A stretch of 64,000 bases of DNA, taken from NCBI RefSeq assembly GCF_006345805.1, contig NC_043001.1:122946001-123010000 (forward strand), given 5' to 3'. Below the pieces are notes generated by a model. That model was given only the letters and a program-made list of their open reading frames with translations, was not told the DNA's origin and ran no database searches. This stretch comes from Octopus sinensis (taxonomy: Eukaryota). The first letter of the stretch is position 1; each line of letters opens with the position of its first letter. A program made the position numbers and the translations under genes. Shown piece by piece: positions 52,368-64,000 of this stretch.

Positions 52368-52765
52368 CTATTTCTTTACTAACCACGAGGGGCTAAACAC
52401 AGAGGAGACAAACAAGGACAGGCAGACGGATTAAGTCAATTATATCGACCCCAGTGCGTAACTGGTACTTAATTTATCGATCCCGAAAGGATGAAAGGCA
52501 AAGTCGACCTCGGTGGAATTTGAACTCAGAACGTAAGGGCAGACGAAATACCGCTAAGCATTTTGCCCAGCGTGCTAACGTTTCTTCCAGCTCGTCGCCT
52601 TAAGTATATATATTTCTTTACTACCCACAAGGGGCTAAACATAGAGGGGACAAACAAGGACAGACAAACGGATTAAGTCGATTACATCGATCCCAGTGCG
52701 TAACTGGTACTTAATTTATCGACCCCGAAAGGATGAAAGGCAAAGTCGACCTCGGCGGAATTTGA
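52368..52765 (-). mobile_element. SINE family A: 5'-truncated copy + short spacer + full copy within one TSD
   Basis: 13-bp TSD acgtctcttcaac (52355-52367, 52766-52778). Confidence 0.88.
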
Positions 52766-53014
52766 ACGTCTCTTCAACATACTTTTTTCTCGAACCCAAG
52801 GATGCATAAGGCCGGTAACTTGGTTTCCATGGTGCGTTAGTGACCAAGATTGCAATATTCCTTCTGAATATGGTTCGTTGTAGGGTTCCAGCTAAGTCAT
52901 TTTGAAGAGAGGAACAACTCGACCACATCGCCCCCAGTGTTTGACTGGTACTTTATTTTATCACTCCCGAAGGTATAAAAAAGGCTAAGTTTGACCTCGG
53001 CAGGATTTGAACCC

Positions 53015-53102
53015 AGGAGTGGCTGTGTGGCTTATGTCTTCTACTACAGCCTCGGGCTGACCAAAGCCTTGTGAGTGGATTTGGTAGACGGAAACTGAAA
53101 TA

Positions 53103-53167
<65 letters not shown>

Positions 53168-53370
53168 CTGTTTGTTCTCCCAACATCACTTGACAACCGA
53201 TGCTGGTCGGTTTACGTCCCCGTAACTTAGCGGTTCGGCATAAGACACCGATAGAATAAGTACTAGGTTTACAAAGAATAAGTCCTGGGGTCGATTTGCT
53301 CGATTAAAGACGGTGTTCCAGCATGGCCGCAGTCAAGTGACTGAGACAAGTAAACGAGTAAAAGAGTAAT
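53015..53370 (+). mobile_element. SINE family B with an internal deletion
   Basis: Head aggagtggctgtgtgg is joined to the centre; the tail is typical. Confidence 0.85.
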
Positions 53371-53632
53371 GCAAAGAGTCGGAAGATATGCTATATTTTG
53401 CATCTAAAACTACTTGCTTAAGGATAGCGTGAGTACAAGGGCGTAAAACATACGATCCCTGGCCTGGACCCGACCCACAACGGTGTTTAAAATGCCGCCG
53501 ACTAATTTTCATTTAAAAAAAGTAATTAGTTTTTAATTTTAAAATACTTGAGGCAATGGTGTGTTTGCTTCCCAAGAAAATGGTTTCGGGTTCAGTACTA
53601 CACATGTCACTTTGAGTTTGTGTCTTCTGCGC

Positions 53633-54050
53633 AGGAGTGGCTGTGTGGTAAGTAGCTTGCTTACCAACCACATGGTTCCGGGTTCAGTCCCACTGCGTGG
53701 CACCTTGGGGAAGTGCCTTCTACTATAGCCTCGGGCCGACCAAAGCCTTGTGAGTGGATTTGGTAGACGGAAACTGAAAGAAGCCTGTCGTATATATGTA
53801 TATGTATATATATGTGTGTATGTTTGTGTGTCTGTGTATCTGTGTTTGTCCCCCCCCCAACTTCGCTTGACAACCGATGCTGGTGTGTTTGCGTCCCCGT
53901 AACTTAGCGGTTCAGCAAAAGAGACTGATAGAATAAGTACTAGGCTTACAAAGAATAAGTGCTGGGGTCGATTTGCTCGACTAAAGGCGGTGCTCCAGCA
54001 TGGCCGCAGTCAAATGACTGAAACAAGTAAAAAAGCAAAAGAGCAAAGAG
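53633..54050 (+). mobile_element. SINE family B, full length
   Basis: tRNA-like head aggagtggctgtgtggtaag...ggttcagtccc, internal microsatellite, aaaagag-type tail. Confidence 0.92.
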
Positions 54051-54294
54051 CAACCCTGGGCCGACCAAAGCCTTGTGAGTGGATTTGGTTGATATAAACT
54101 GAAAGAAGCTCGTCGTCTTTTTATTTACGTTCGCGTAACTTAACGATTCAGTAGAAGATAATTGTGAGAATAAGCATCCAGGCTTAGAAGACTAAGTACT
54201 GGCATCGATCTCTTCGACAAAACTTTTCAAGGCGGCTCTGCAGCATGGCTGCAGTCCAATGACAGAAGTAAACGACAAAACGTAAAAAATATAA

Positions 54295-54677
54295 TCTTTT
54301 CTACTCTAGGCACAAGGCCCGAAATTTTTGGGGAAGGGGGCAGTCGATTAGATCGACCTCAGTACGCAACTGGTACTTAATTTATCGACCCCGAAAGGAT
54401 GAAAGGCAAAGTCAACTTCGGCGGAATTTGAACTCTGAACGTAAAGACAGCTCGCCGCCTTAAGGTAAAAGATATACATTTCTTTACTACCCACAAGGGG
54501 CTAAACACAGAGAGGACAAACAAGGACAGACAAAGGGATTAAGTCGATTATATCGACCCCAGTGTGTAACTAGTACTTATTTAATCGACTCCGAAAGGAT
54601 AAAAGGCAAAGTCAACTTCGGCGGAATTTGAACTCAGAACGTAAAGACAGCTCGCCGCCTTAAGGTAAAAGATATAT
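54295..54677 (-). mobile_element. Two SINE family A derivatives sharing the same head deletion and flank
   Basis: Both end gaacgtaaagacagctcgccgccttaaggtaaaagatata (~54440-54477, ~54640-54677). Confidence 0.85.
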
Positions 54678-55222
54678 TACATATCGTCAACATGCGTTCA
54701 ACGATGGAAGCCAAATAGAATCATAATTAACACCAGGTCAGTTAAGCCTAATCAGTGCATTTAGGGAATATTTTATTTCAGCCAATAAAAGACAAACTTG
54801 TAAATCCGCATACTAAAAGACGTGACCTATTTCCCCTTCATTTTATCTATATACGCCAGAAAAAATAAAAGTTTATTTCTAATTTTATTTTTATTTATAT
54901 CTTTCAGCTTTTACTTGTTTCATTCATCAAACTGCAGTAATGCTAGGGTAGAGCCTTGTAGGGGCTTAGGCGAACAAATTGACCGCAGTACTTACGTTTT
55001 TAGAGAGGTGCTGTACTTATTCTATCATCTCTTTTACCGAACCGCTAGGTTACAATTTAAGCATTAATTTTTTCCATGTAACTAAAACTATCATAAAATA
55101 AAAGTTCCAATTAATAATATTTTTATCTTTAATCATATTTAAATAGACTAATCTGTTCTTTGGAAATAGAAATAATACATTTCTAAACCTCTCAGTGAGA
55201 TTTATGCAGTATCAGCACGATG

Positions 55223-55515
55223 AAGTGATAGTATGTTGTCAACTTAATGTGACATTCCCATGAAAGGGAAGAATGCTACTGTTATTTAACCCTAGGAAAT
55301 ACCGCTTCCTGTTGGACTTGACACATTTCCTGTGTCCTTATGTTTTCAAAGTGGAGACACCCTTACTGGGTGGAGGTGCTTGTCTCCACTTTGAAAACAT
55401 AAGGACACAGGAAATGTGTCGTCCAACAGGAAGCGGTATTTCCTAGGGCTAAATAACAGTATCATCCTTCCTTTTCATGGGACTGTCACATTAAGTTGAC
55501 AACATACTATCACTT
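55223..55515. mobile_element. Hairpin/foldback element (137 and 135 bp arms, 21-nt loop)
   Basis: 55223-55359 is the near-perfect reverse complement of 55381-55515. Confidence 0.9.
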
Positions 55516-55715
55516 TAATCAGTTCTTTATCTTAAATCTTCGTAAATAAGAATGCTTATCGTGGGGATATTAGATTATAATTCTTTTTTTTCAATTTGTC
55601 AGGCATTTGAAATAACTTTTATGCAATAGATGCAGCATCCCCAATATCATAAAGCAAAACTAATATACACGCAATATATATATGTATATATATTGCATGT
55701 ATGTATGTATGTATG

Positions 55716-55763
<48 letters not shown>

Positions 55764-55839
55764 AAGGGAAAGTTTACGAAAATAAACAAAAGACGAAGGC
55801 AGGTGGTGTACAAACAAACAAATGTATTAGTATAGGAGG

Positions 55840-56340
55840 ACACCTCATCAGGTACCCACTTCCCTTCTCAACATACTTTCTCAATTTGCACAACATGATT
55901 TTGCACGCTAGACCATGGTTGATGAAGCTTTCAGGATATTTTCCGATATGCTGATGCAAATCTTCTTCAATTGCTCGTTTCACTGCATCGTTATTGAGAA
56001 TAATTGATCTTCCCGATCGATTGCCATCCAAACGATCGAAATCACCGCTCGAGAATTTTTAAAACTATATTTGACATTTCCGAACACTCGCACCATCAGG
56101 ATTATCAATACGTATGATTTCCCTTACACATGCTGCATTGCTGCCCATACGAAATTCGTTAAGCATTGGCTCTCAGATAGATCATATACATGGGCAGTAC
56201 GTATCGAGAGTTTTATGCATATCTTATACATTAGGGGTACCGAAAAGTAATATTGTATTATCAAATAATTTAGAAGCCAATAAAAGCTGTCCTTGCAATC
56301 AACCAATCAGCATAGAGCTAATGACCAAGTAATTTCAGCT
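55840..56340 (-). mobile_element. Mariner transposase N-terminal remnant
   Basis: Minus strand encodes DFDRLDGNRSGRS..NDAVKRAIEED and KWVP-like motifs in broken frames. Confidence 0.7.
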
Positions 56341-57220
56341 GATGATTTATTGTGCAACATTTTCTTTCAATAGCTATACGCATTACATCACTGTTATATC
56401 TTTTTAATTATCTTGGATTTTAAAAGAGTACTTGTGATTGTTGAATCTGACTTTGAAGGAAACTTCCGTTATCCCCACATATCTCCGTACCTGCGTCGCC
56501 TCGTTGAGATTCTTCCATACTACTTCTGTCGCATACATTGACTCTAGAGTTGTCATGAAACATTACAGCTGCACAAGCTGCTTGTCTCTGCGTTTGGTTT
56601 GAGTCTATTTACTACAATTTGTCTCATGCTAAATGAACAGCTAATTGAAGTCCCCAAAATATGCCTGATGCAACTTTTCCTATAATTATGTATCTGTAGT
56701 AAAATGCTTCCTTGGTTATTGAAGGAATATCCTACATACGAAAGTCTTAACGTTAAGCGAAAACGAGAATGTAAACAATATGACCTTATGGAGCGCTTTC
56801 TGCTTGTGGGACTTGAGTCAGGCATATAACTATTATTTTTGAAATTGCGAGTAGCCAGAGACTCGCTATAGTACTGGACCACAGTGTCGAAGATATAATT
56901 TGAAGATATGATGGAGACCCTTATGCTAACACCATTCACTTGATTTTTTTTTAATCTGTGGCTGGATGGCAGAAAGTTGCGTTAATGTATGTCAGCCCCT
57001 CATTTGGTTTCCGGAAGAATTAAGTGAAACGTGTATCTATGGTTCCCACATCACATCTAAGATTTCAAAAACTTTGAAGTTATTTCAAAGTTTATTTTGT
57101 AACTTTGAGCGCAAATGAATTGAGGGCATAAGTTAAGCCATTCCTGAAGATATCAAGTGTAAGGTCGTTCGCTCCTCTCCATAATGCCAATGCATCGTCC
57201 CTATATAGGACAAAGCTAGT

Positions 57221-57221
<1 letters not shown>

Positions 57222-57255
<34 letters not shown>

Positions 57256-57573
57256 AATTATTATATACAGTGCTCAGGTGCACCACAACTTGTCAAAAGT
57301 GCGTATAAAATATATGCAGTAATGTACAAATGTCTGGAAAGTGAACAGTGTATGAGTCAAATACATGCTTGCGTATGTATGGAGGGGAGAAAGATCAGAT
57401 GTAGTGTTGGCGAATCTCAGGAAGCATGGAAGTTTTGAAGGATGCAGTGCTCCGATAACTAACAACTGATGCCGGCAGTTTGTTCCATGCTTCAGCAACT
57501 CGAGTTGCTGAAGCATGGAACAAACTGCCGGCATCAGTTGTTAGTTGTCGGAGCACTGCATCCTTCAAAACTT
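57222..57573 (-). mobile_element. CR1-type LINE 3' end with a (TTA)n tail and a fold-back 5' end
   Basis: Encodes RVAEAWNKLPASVVSYRSTASFKTSMLPEIRQHY*; a second copy lies at ~59290-59537. Confidence 0.85.
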
Positions 57574-58674
57574 GAAGTTGAGAGGAATTTCTTCTCAAGC
57601 CAGGAATAAAATTACCTAAAATGAAAAGACCTAGAAGACCATACACTTCAACACTGTCAAAAACTCCCATTGTTACATCGAAGGAGCTTTCCTAGTCAGT
57701 GAGCCTGACACACTATGATCTTATAATCAAATAAGGTACTCGTTAATACAGTTATTTATATATCCAGTCAAGAAACGAATAAAAGCACAAATGGATCATT
57801 AGTAAGAATTGAATATTATTTTTGATTTTTGTGTTGTCTGCGACTCATAAAGTATGCTATGGAGAAGTTTTACATTATGATTCTGCGTATTTTGATTTTG
57901 GAGTTTGTCACTTGTGTTTGGCCCACCCAAAACCGCATGACAGTGTTGATTTGTTTGTGCCCCAGCCCGTCATTAGCGGTTCGGCACAAGACACCGACAG
58001 AAATAAGTAGCAGACTCAAAATATAAGTCCTAGGGGATAGGGTGATGCCCTATCATTGCGAGTAGCCATGTTCCACTGAGTGAAACAAGTAGAAAGATAA
58101 AAAAAAATTGATAGATATCTCCTTGGACAATGTATGTTAAAACAGACACGGAATGAATGCCTGCTTATAATTGGTTTGCTTATCAGAGTTTGAACTATTG
58201 CTTAACAACGGGCAACCATAGATGATCAAACAGTAATGTTGCAAAATATCTGATAAAGGTAAATAACTCTACTAGTCATTACTCAGATTTACTTCCCCTG
58301 GTACTCTGTTTTTTTTAAGGCTGTCATTACGTCCTAAATAAATCTTAACCGAACAAACCTATAACACTGGTCTCCAACAAATGTGATTCTTACATATAAA
58401 TATGTGCTTCTTACTAATTTTCTAGCGCTATCGGACCAGGATTTCTGTATATTCTTTTCTTCTCGAGGCACAAGACCCAACATTTTTGGGGAGGGTACCA
58501 GTCGATTAGATCGACCCCAGAACGTAACAGCTACTTAATTTATCGACCCATGCTCGCGTTTCTGCCAGCTCGCCGCCATAGGATTTCTGTATATTGGATG
58601 GAAAATATGTTCTGCGTACAGTCGTTTCTATCCGTTTTATAACACATGGTGAGGTATGTATATATACTAACTAT

Positions 58675-59082
58675 AAGGCGGCGAGCTGGCAGAATCGTTA
58701 GCACGCCGGGCGAAATGCCTAGCGGTATTTTGTCTGCCGTTACGTTCTGAGTTCAAATTCCGCTAAGGTCGACTTTGCTTCTCATCCTTTCGGGGTCGAT
58801 AAATTAAGTACCAGTTACGTACTGGGGTCGATGTAATCGACTTAATACCTATGTCTGTCCTTGTTTGTCCCCTCTGTGTTTAGCCCCTTGTGGGTAATAA
58901 AGAAATAGGTATTTCGTCAGCCGTTACGTTCTGAGTTCAAATTCCGCTAAGGTCGACTTTGCCTCTCATCCTTTCGGGGTCGATTAAATAAGTATTAGTT
59001 ACGCACTGGGGTCGATATAATCGACTTAATCTGTTTGTCTGTCCCCTCTGTGTTTAGCCCCTTATGGGTAGTAAAGAAATAG
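58675..59082 (+). mobile_element. SINE family A dimer
   Basis: Shared junction at ~58910. Confidence 0.9.
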
Positions 59083-59289
59083 GTATAGGTTTAGTTGGCT
59101 GTGGTTCGTCTTGTTAGTCATCATCCATAGAGCTGCTATTGGAATCAGAATCCATTCTTAGCTCATGTTCAACAGGTGGAACTAGAACCAGTATTACTGG
59201 TCAGATTTCTGAAGGGATATTTGGGTATTGTATTGTAGTTTGTGTCTTGCCAGTTATTCCTTTGATGTTTGTAAGGCAGAAGTAGCAGT

Positions 59290-59537
59290 CATAATAATAA
59301 TAATAATAATGAAATTATTGTATACAGTGTTCAGGTGCACCACAACTTGTCAGAAGTGCATATAGAGTATATGCAATAATGTACAAATGTCAGGAAAGTG
59401 AACAGTGTATGAGTCAGATACATGCTTGTGTATGTATGGAGGGGAGAAAATCGGGTGTAGTGTTGGCGAATCTCAGGAAGCATGGAAGTTTTGAAGGATG
59501 CAGTGCTCCGACAACTGACAACTGATGCCGGCAGTTT
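59290..59537 (-). mobile_element. CR1-type LINE 3' end, second copy
   Basis: Highly similar to 57222-57480; (TTA)n tail. Confidence 0.85.
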
Positions 59538-59639
59538 GTTATGTTTCCGAAAGTCATGGGAGCTGTCCTGATTTCTGACTTTGTAACCATGTCCACAGGT
59601 GTTAGACAGGTGGAGTTTGAAAAGGTGCTCAGAGTTATT

Positions 59640-59903
59640 GTTTGTAAGATGGTTATGGTCTCTGGGTTCTCGCCACACCATTGGTATGGCAAAAAACAAA
59701 CCTGAGCTTCGGTTTCAAATCATCCAGGTGATTGGCACAAGATCTACACACTATATGAGGTGACCATTTCTTGTCTTGGTCCCCTAATAGGGTTTTAATG
59801 TAGGCTTTGTAGTTTAATTGAACTACTTTGGGGATGGGTTTCTTAATGCTTTCCATTCACAAGATCTACACACTATATGCGGTGACCATTTCTTGTCTTG
59901 GTC
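59640..59903 (-). mobile_element. DNA transposase N-terminal remnant, probably Chapaev3/CMC-like
   Basis: Encodes YKAYIKTLLGDQDKKWSPHIVCRSC and FAIPMVWREPRDH. The family assignment is from memory, not from a search. Confidence 0.55.
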
Positions 59904-60699
59904 AGGCAAAGTTGACCTTGGCGGAATTTGAACTTTTTATTACTGTTCTTAGTATTTGCACCATCCCAAACGAAGTAAAGAATTTCAATCAAAGTAATAA
60001 AGTTTACAAAAATTCTAAACTTTTTAGAATCTAAAAACAAAATATAAAATGTGAAATTAATATTAAATGATAAAATATATCCTAAGCAATAAAAGCTAAC
60101 ACAAAAATTAAAGTATAAAAAACCAATACTAATGAGATAGATACAAATTAATTTTCCCATTATAAGGCCTCTGGTAGGAAGGAAGGTAACTCAAACAGGT
60201 AACCTAGCCTCAGTGCTTGCATTGAAATTAGTTTTCGCATTTATTATATTGGATATATATACACAGGTCATCGTCAACATATGACCATAATTGGTTCCTA
60301 TTAACTGCTTGTAAGTCAATTTGGTGGTAAGTTGGCCTATAGGCCTACATAGCTTTGTTTTACATTTTTAGGTAAAAGTCACACACAACTTTCTGTATTA
60401 TACTATTATACTAGCATTAGTCAAAAATTTCAGTCTCAAGCAGTCGTCTTATAAACAATTACAAGATTGCCTTGATGTCTCCACGACAGGTTAGTCATCC
60501 AACACAGTGGCGATCAATAACCAAACCTAGGGGAAGCGTTTGTTAGCTGACATCATCTGTAGATAGGAAAATTTCTAAGAAATTAAACTCATTAGATTTC
60601 AACTGGACCATTTATTACTGCTGCCAGAAACTGGCACGCCAATCATCATAAAGTCAAGCAGTCATAAGTTAGATAGATCATAGGTCAATGACAACCTTT

Positions 60700-61070
60700 A
60701 TATATATTTAATTTAATTTAATTTTTTTGGCTCAAAAAGCCAAAGCAAGGCCATGTAGGGGGACATGGAATTATGTACAGGGAGGGTGTTCATACAAAGA
60801 GTTCAGGCCATTTCTGGTCAAGAGAGACTTTGAACTGAGCGGTCGTCGGCATCTTCACTATCTCGTCCAGCAGCTTATTCCACGGATCCGCAACTCGGAT
60901 GGAGAAAGCCCCTCTCCTTCGATTGAGGTGAAATCGTCGTAGATAGAGCTTTTCGGAGTGACCCCACAGCCCACGCTCTGGAGCAGGAGTGAAGAACAGC
61001 TCTTTTGAGAGGTTACACTTTCCGCTTATGATGTTGTGAGCGAGAATGAGATCACCACGGTGTCGTCGTT
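60700..61070 (-). mobile_element. CR1 LINE 3' end
   Basis: Encodes RRHRGDLILAHNIISG...RGAFSIRVADPWNKL..EIV...TTAQFKVSLD; (ATTAA)n-like tail at ~60705-60722. Confidence 0.88.
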
Positions 61071-61239
61071 TATATATATATATACTCACACACACGTGTT
61101 ACACATTAACCAATGCCCATTTATAAGATAAGATAAAGAGTGATAGTCTAATGACACAGAGTGCTGTAGATCTCCAGATACCACAGGTAACCAGTCAGAA
61201 ATTACATTTTTCAATCTAAAGTATTATCTCTTTTTTACT

Positions 61240-61590
61240 CTTTTACTTATTTCAGTCATTTGACTGCAGCCATGCTGGAGCACCGCCTTCAGTTGAGCAA
61301 ATCGACCCCAAGACTTATTCTTTGTAAGCCTAGTACTTATTCTATCGGTCTCTTTTACCGAACTGCTAAGTTACGGGGATGGAAACACGCCAGCATCAGT
61401 TGTCAAGCGATGTTGGCGGGGACAAACACAGACACACATACATATATACGACAGGTTTCTTTCAGTTTCTGTCTACCAAATCCACCCACAAGGCTTTGGT
61501 CGGCCTGTGGCTATAGTAGAAGACACTGGGACCAAACCCGGAACCATGTGGTTTGCAAGCAAACTACTTACCACACAGCCACTTCTATGC
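61240..61590 (-). mobile_element. SINE family B
   Basis: Reverse complement of family B with a small internal deletion. Confidence 0.88.
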
Positions 61591-61747
61591 CTGTTGAGAG
61601 ATATGTCATTTCAGGTCTGCTTTTTGTGCTGGCATGGGTTAGGAGGGTTTTCACAATCTGAATCAATTCTTAGAGTTACTGCCTTCTGAAAGAAGTCAGA
61701 GGACAGCATCTTGCTTGTATGTTCATCTTTGGAATAAGTGCAGGTTA

Positions 61748-62016
61748 GAACTGCTAAGTTACGGGGATGGAAACACAGCAGCATCGGTTGTCAAGCAATG
61801 TTGGGGGGACACAGACACACAAACATATACATACACACATACATATATATATATATACAACAGGCTTCTTTCAGTTTCTGTCTACCAAATCCATTCACAA
61901 GGCTTTGGTTGGCCCGAGGCTATAGTAGAAGACACTTGCCGAAGGTGCCACGCAGTGGGAATGAACCCGGAACTATGTGGTTGGTAAGCAAGCTACTTAA
62001 CACACAGCCACTCCTG
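61748..62016 (-). mobile_element. SINE family B, lacking the tail
   Basis: Head at 62016 (...cacacagccactcct). Confidence 0.85.
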
Positions 62017-63049
62017 TATATGTATTTGTGTACACCCTTGTCTTGACATCATGTGATAGATATAAATGAATATCACCATCGTAGGAGTCTGGCTATGGAT
62101 GAGGGTGGGGAGATTATCTTGCTTGAAAACAGTTGGGATATGGGGACAAGTAAGGCATCCAGCTGTAGAAAATCTGCAACAAATTCTGTTTGACTCATGC
62201 AACCATGGAAAAAAGTAGACATCAAATGATAAACATGATGAACAAAAAACATCCTCAGATATTCTGCAGCTGTGAAAGTTAATGGTAGCTGAAAACAGAA
62301 AGAATGATTAATAGACTGATTAACAGATGTTACCTTCACTTGGTGTCCTGTGAGGTTAAACAATGATTTAACTTCAGTTGACACCAGGGGTGGCTGCCAA
62401 AAAATTAGTCCAAAAGCTCAATCAATCTTCAACATTTACAATTACTGAGTGTCACATTTCCAGTTAAGTTAATTTATAACGACAGCTGATTTATACAAGC
62501 ATGAGTATATATGTGTGTCTATATAGCTCCATACGTAACAACAATTAACCCTAGATCTGACTCGGGGGTTATCACTTATTGGAAAATTATTAATTGCTTA
62601 TAATATCCCTTAATTTCTTAATTCTGTAGCTCAGTGGGTAATAGGTTCTGCTCATGATTGCTATCATATTGCTTTTACATATGCATTTTATACATTTTAT
62701 ATATGTGTGTGTGTGTGTATATGAGAGAGAGAGAGAGGGAGAGAGGGGGAGGGAGAGAGAGAGGGGGAGAGAGGGGGAGGGAGGGAGAGAGAGATCATGA
62801 TAAACACAAGTTCACATTTGTTATCTACATATTTGCAACCTTTGCACTGGGTGTTTCAAGGGCAATTGGATGTTGAATCACAATCATATCAGGACAATTA
62901 CCCCCAATGACAAACTACTCGTTAGGAAAATTATTCTCTTTTGCTTAATTACCTGCTCTCCAATATATAAAATCAGTGGAATCATTTTTGCAGAGTTTTG
63001 AATTGTTTTAAAACTTTTTTTTGAAATTGTCTGATAATGCAGACATACA

Positions 63050-64000
63050 CTTTCCCAAATGCATCAATAAATTGACATTGATATTTTTTCACTGTGGTTA
63101 CAATCATCTGAAATGGAACTGTGAAAGCACGATATTTGAGCAATTTTGGCATTCAACCTCAAAAAAGGATGTTAAGCAGCTGAAACTGCTCACAATATCA
63201 ACAAAACATTCGGTGAGGAAATGACCAGTGAGTGGACAACTCTAAATGGTTTAAACGATTTTGCAGTGGAGACCTGAGCTTTGCAGATCATGAGCATAGT
63301 GGACGCTCATCTGTCATCGAAGATGATCAATTAAAAATTGTCATTGAGAAAGATCCATGTAAAACTATTCAAGAACTGGCAAAAGAACTTTAAGTTAGCC
63401 AAAACACTGCCAGCAACCATTTGCATGCGATCAGAATATCAAAAAAGCTCGACAAATGGGTACCACACAATTTGAATGAAAGTCAGAAAATGTGCAGACA
63501 TGAAATTTGCTCATCGCTTCTCCATAACCAGACCAATCCATTTCTCGACCATATTGTAACTTGTGATGAAAAGTGGATTCTGTACAATAATAAAAAAGGT
63601 TCTTCGTAGTGGCTGGACCAAAATGAAGCACTGAAAACTTCCTTAGACCTAACTCTTCAAAAAGAAGGTTTTGGTGACTGTTTGGAGGTGTACTGCTGGA
63701 CTCATTCCACTATAACTTCTTAAAACCTGGAAAAATCATTACTGCAGTAACATATTGCCATGAAATTGCCAAAATGAATGAAAAACTGCTACTCCTCCGT
63801 CCCAGACAATGCTCAACCATACGTTTCCCTAATGATGCTCCAGAAGTTGAGGGAACTACTAAGTTCTTCCCTACCCAGTTTATACACCAGACCTTTCTCC
63901 TACCGACTAACACTTTTTCAAGCACTTTAATGGTTTCCTGTTAGAGAAGGAGTTCAAAAATCAAACCAATGCTGAAAGTGCATTCAAAGAGTTCGTCAGC
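63050..64000 (+). pseudogene. Degenerate mariner (DD34D-type) transposase, running off the window end
   Basis: Motifs WFKRFCSGD, HSGRS, KKLDKWVPHNL, IVTCDEKWILYNN, DNAQP and YTPDLSPTD*HFF, with stops and frameshifts. Confidence 0.9.

Overview
AT-rich eukaryotic DNA, very likely from a coleoid cephalopod (octopus). That assignment is an inference from the S-crystallin-like GST and the tRNA-derived SINE families. Most of the window is transposon-derived. The only host gene I can support is the 3' part of a sigma-class glutathione S-transferase / S-crystallin-family gene on the + strand: four GT-AG exons at 32763-32858, 40949-41064, 42106-42216 and 43474-43638 splice into an intact ~160-aa frame ending in TAG. 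I could not find its N-terminal coding exon(s) in the 32.7 kb upstream. The rest is dozens of tRNA-derived SINEs from at least four families (my labels A, B, C, R), degenerate CR1 and RTE LINE remnants, mariner, hAT, Tigger and Chapaev-like DNA transposon remnants or MITEs, and microsatellites. Nearly all ORFs in the supplied track are spurious or TE fragments. I found no convincing new protein-coding system. The most interesting signals are the intermediate GST/S-crystallin sequence, concatemeric and modular SINEs, a degenerate hammerhead-like motif, and many long inverted repeats and hairpins, several of them inside the GST pre-mRNA.
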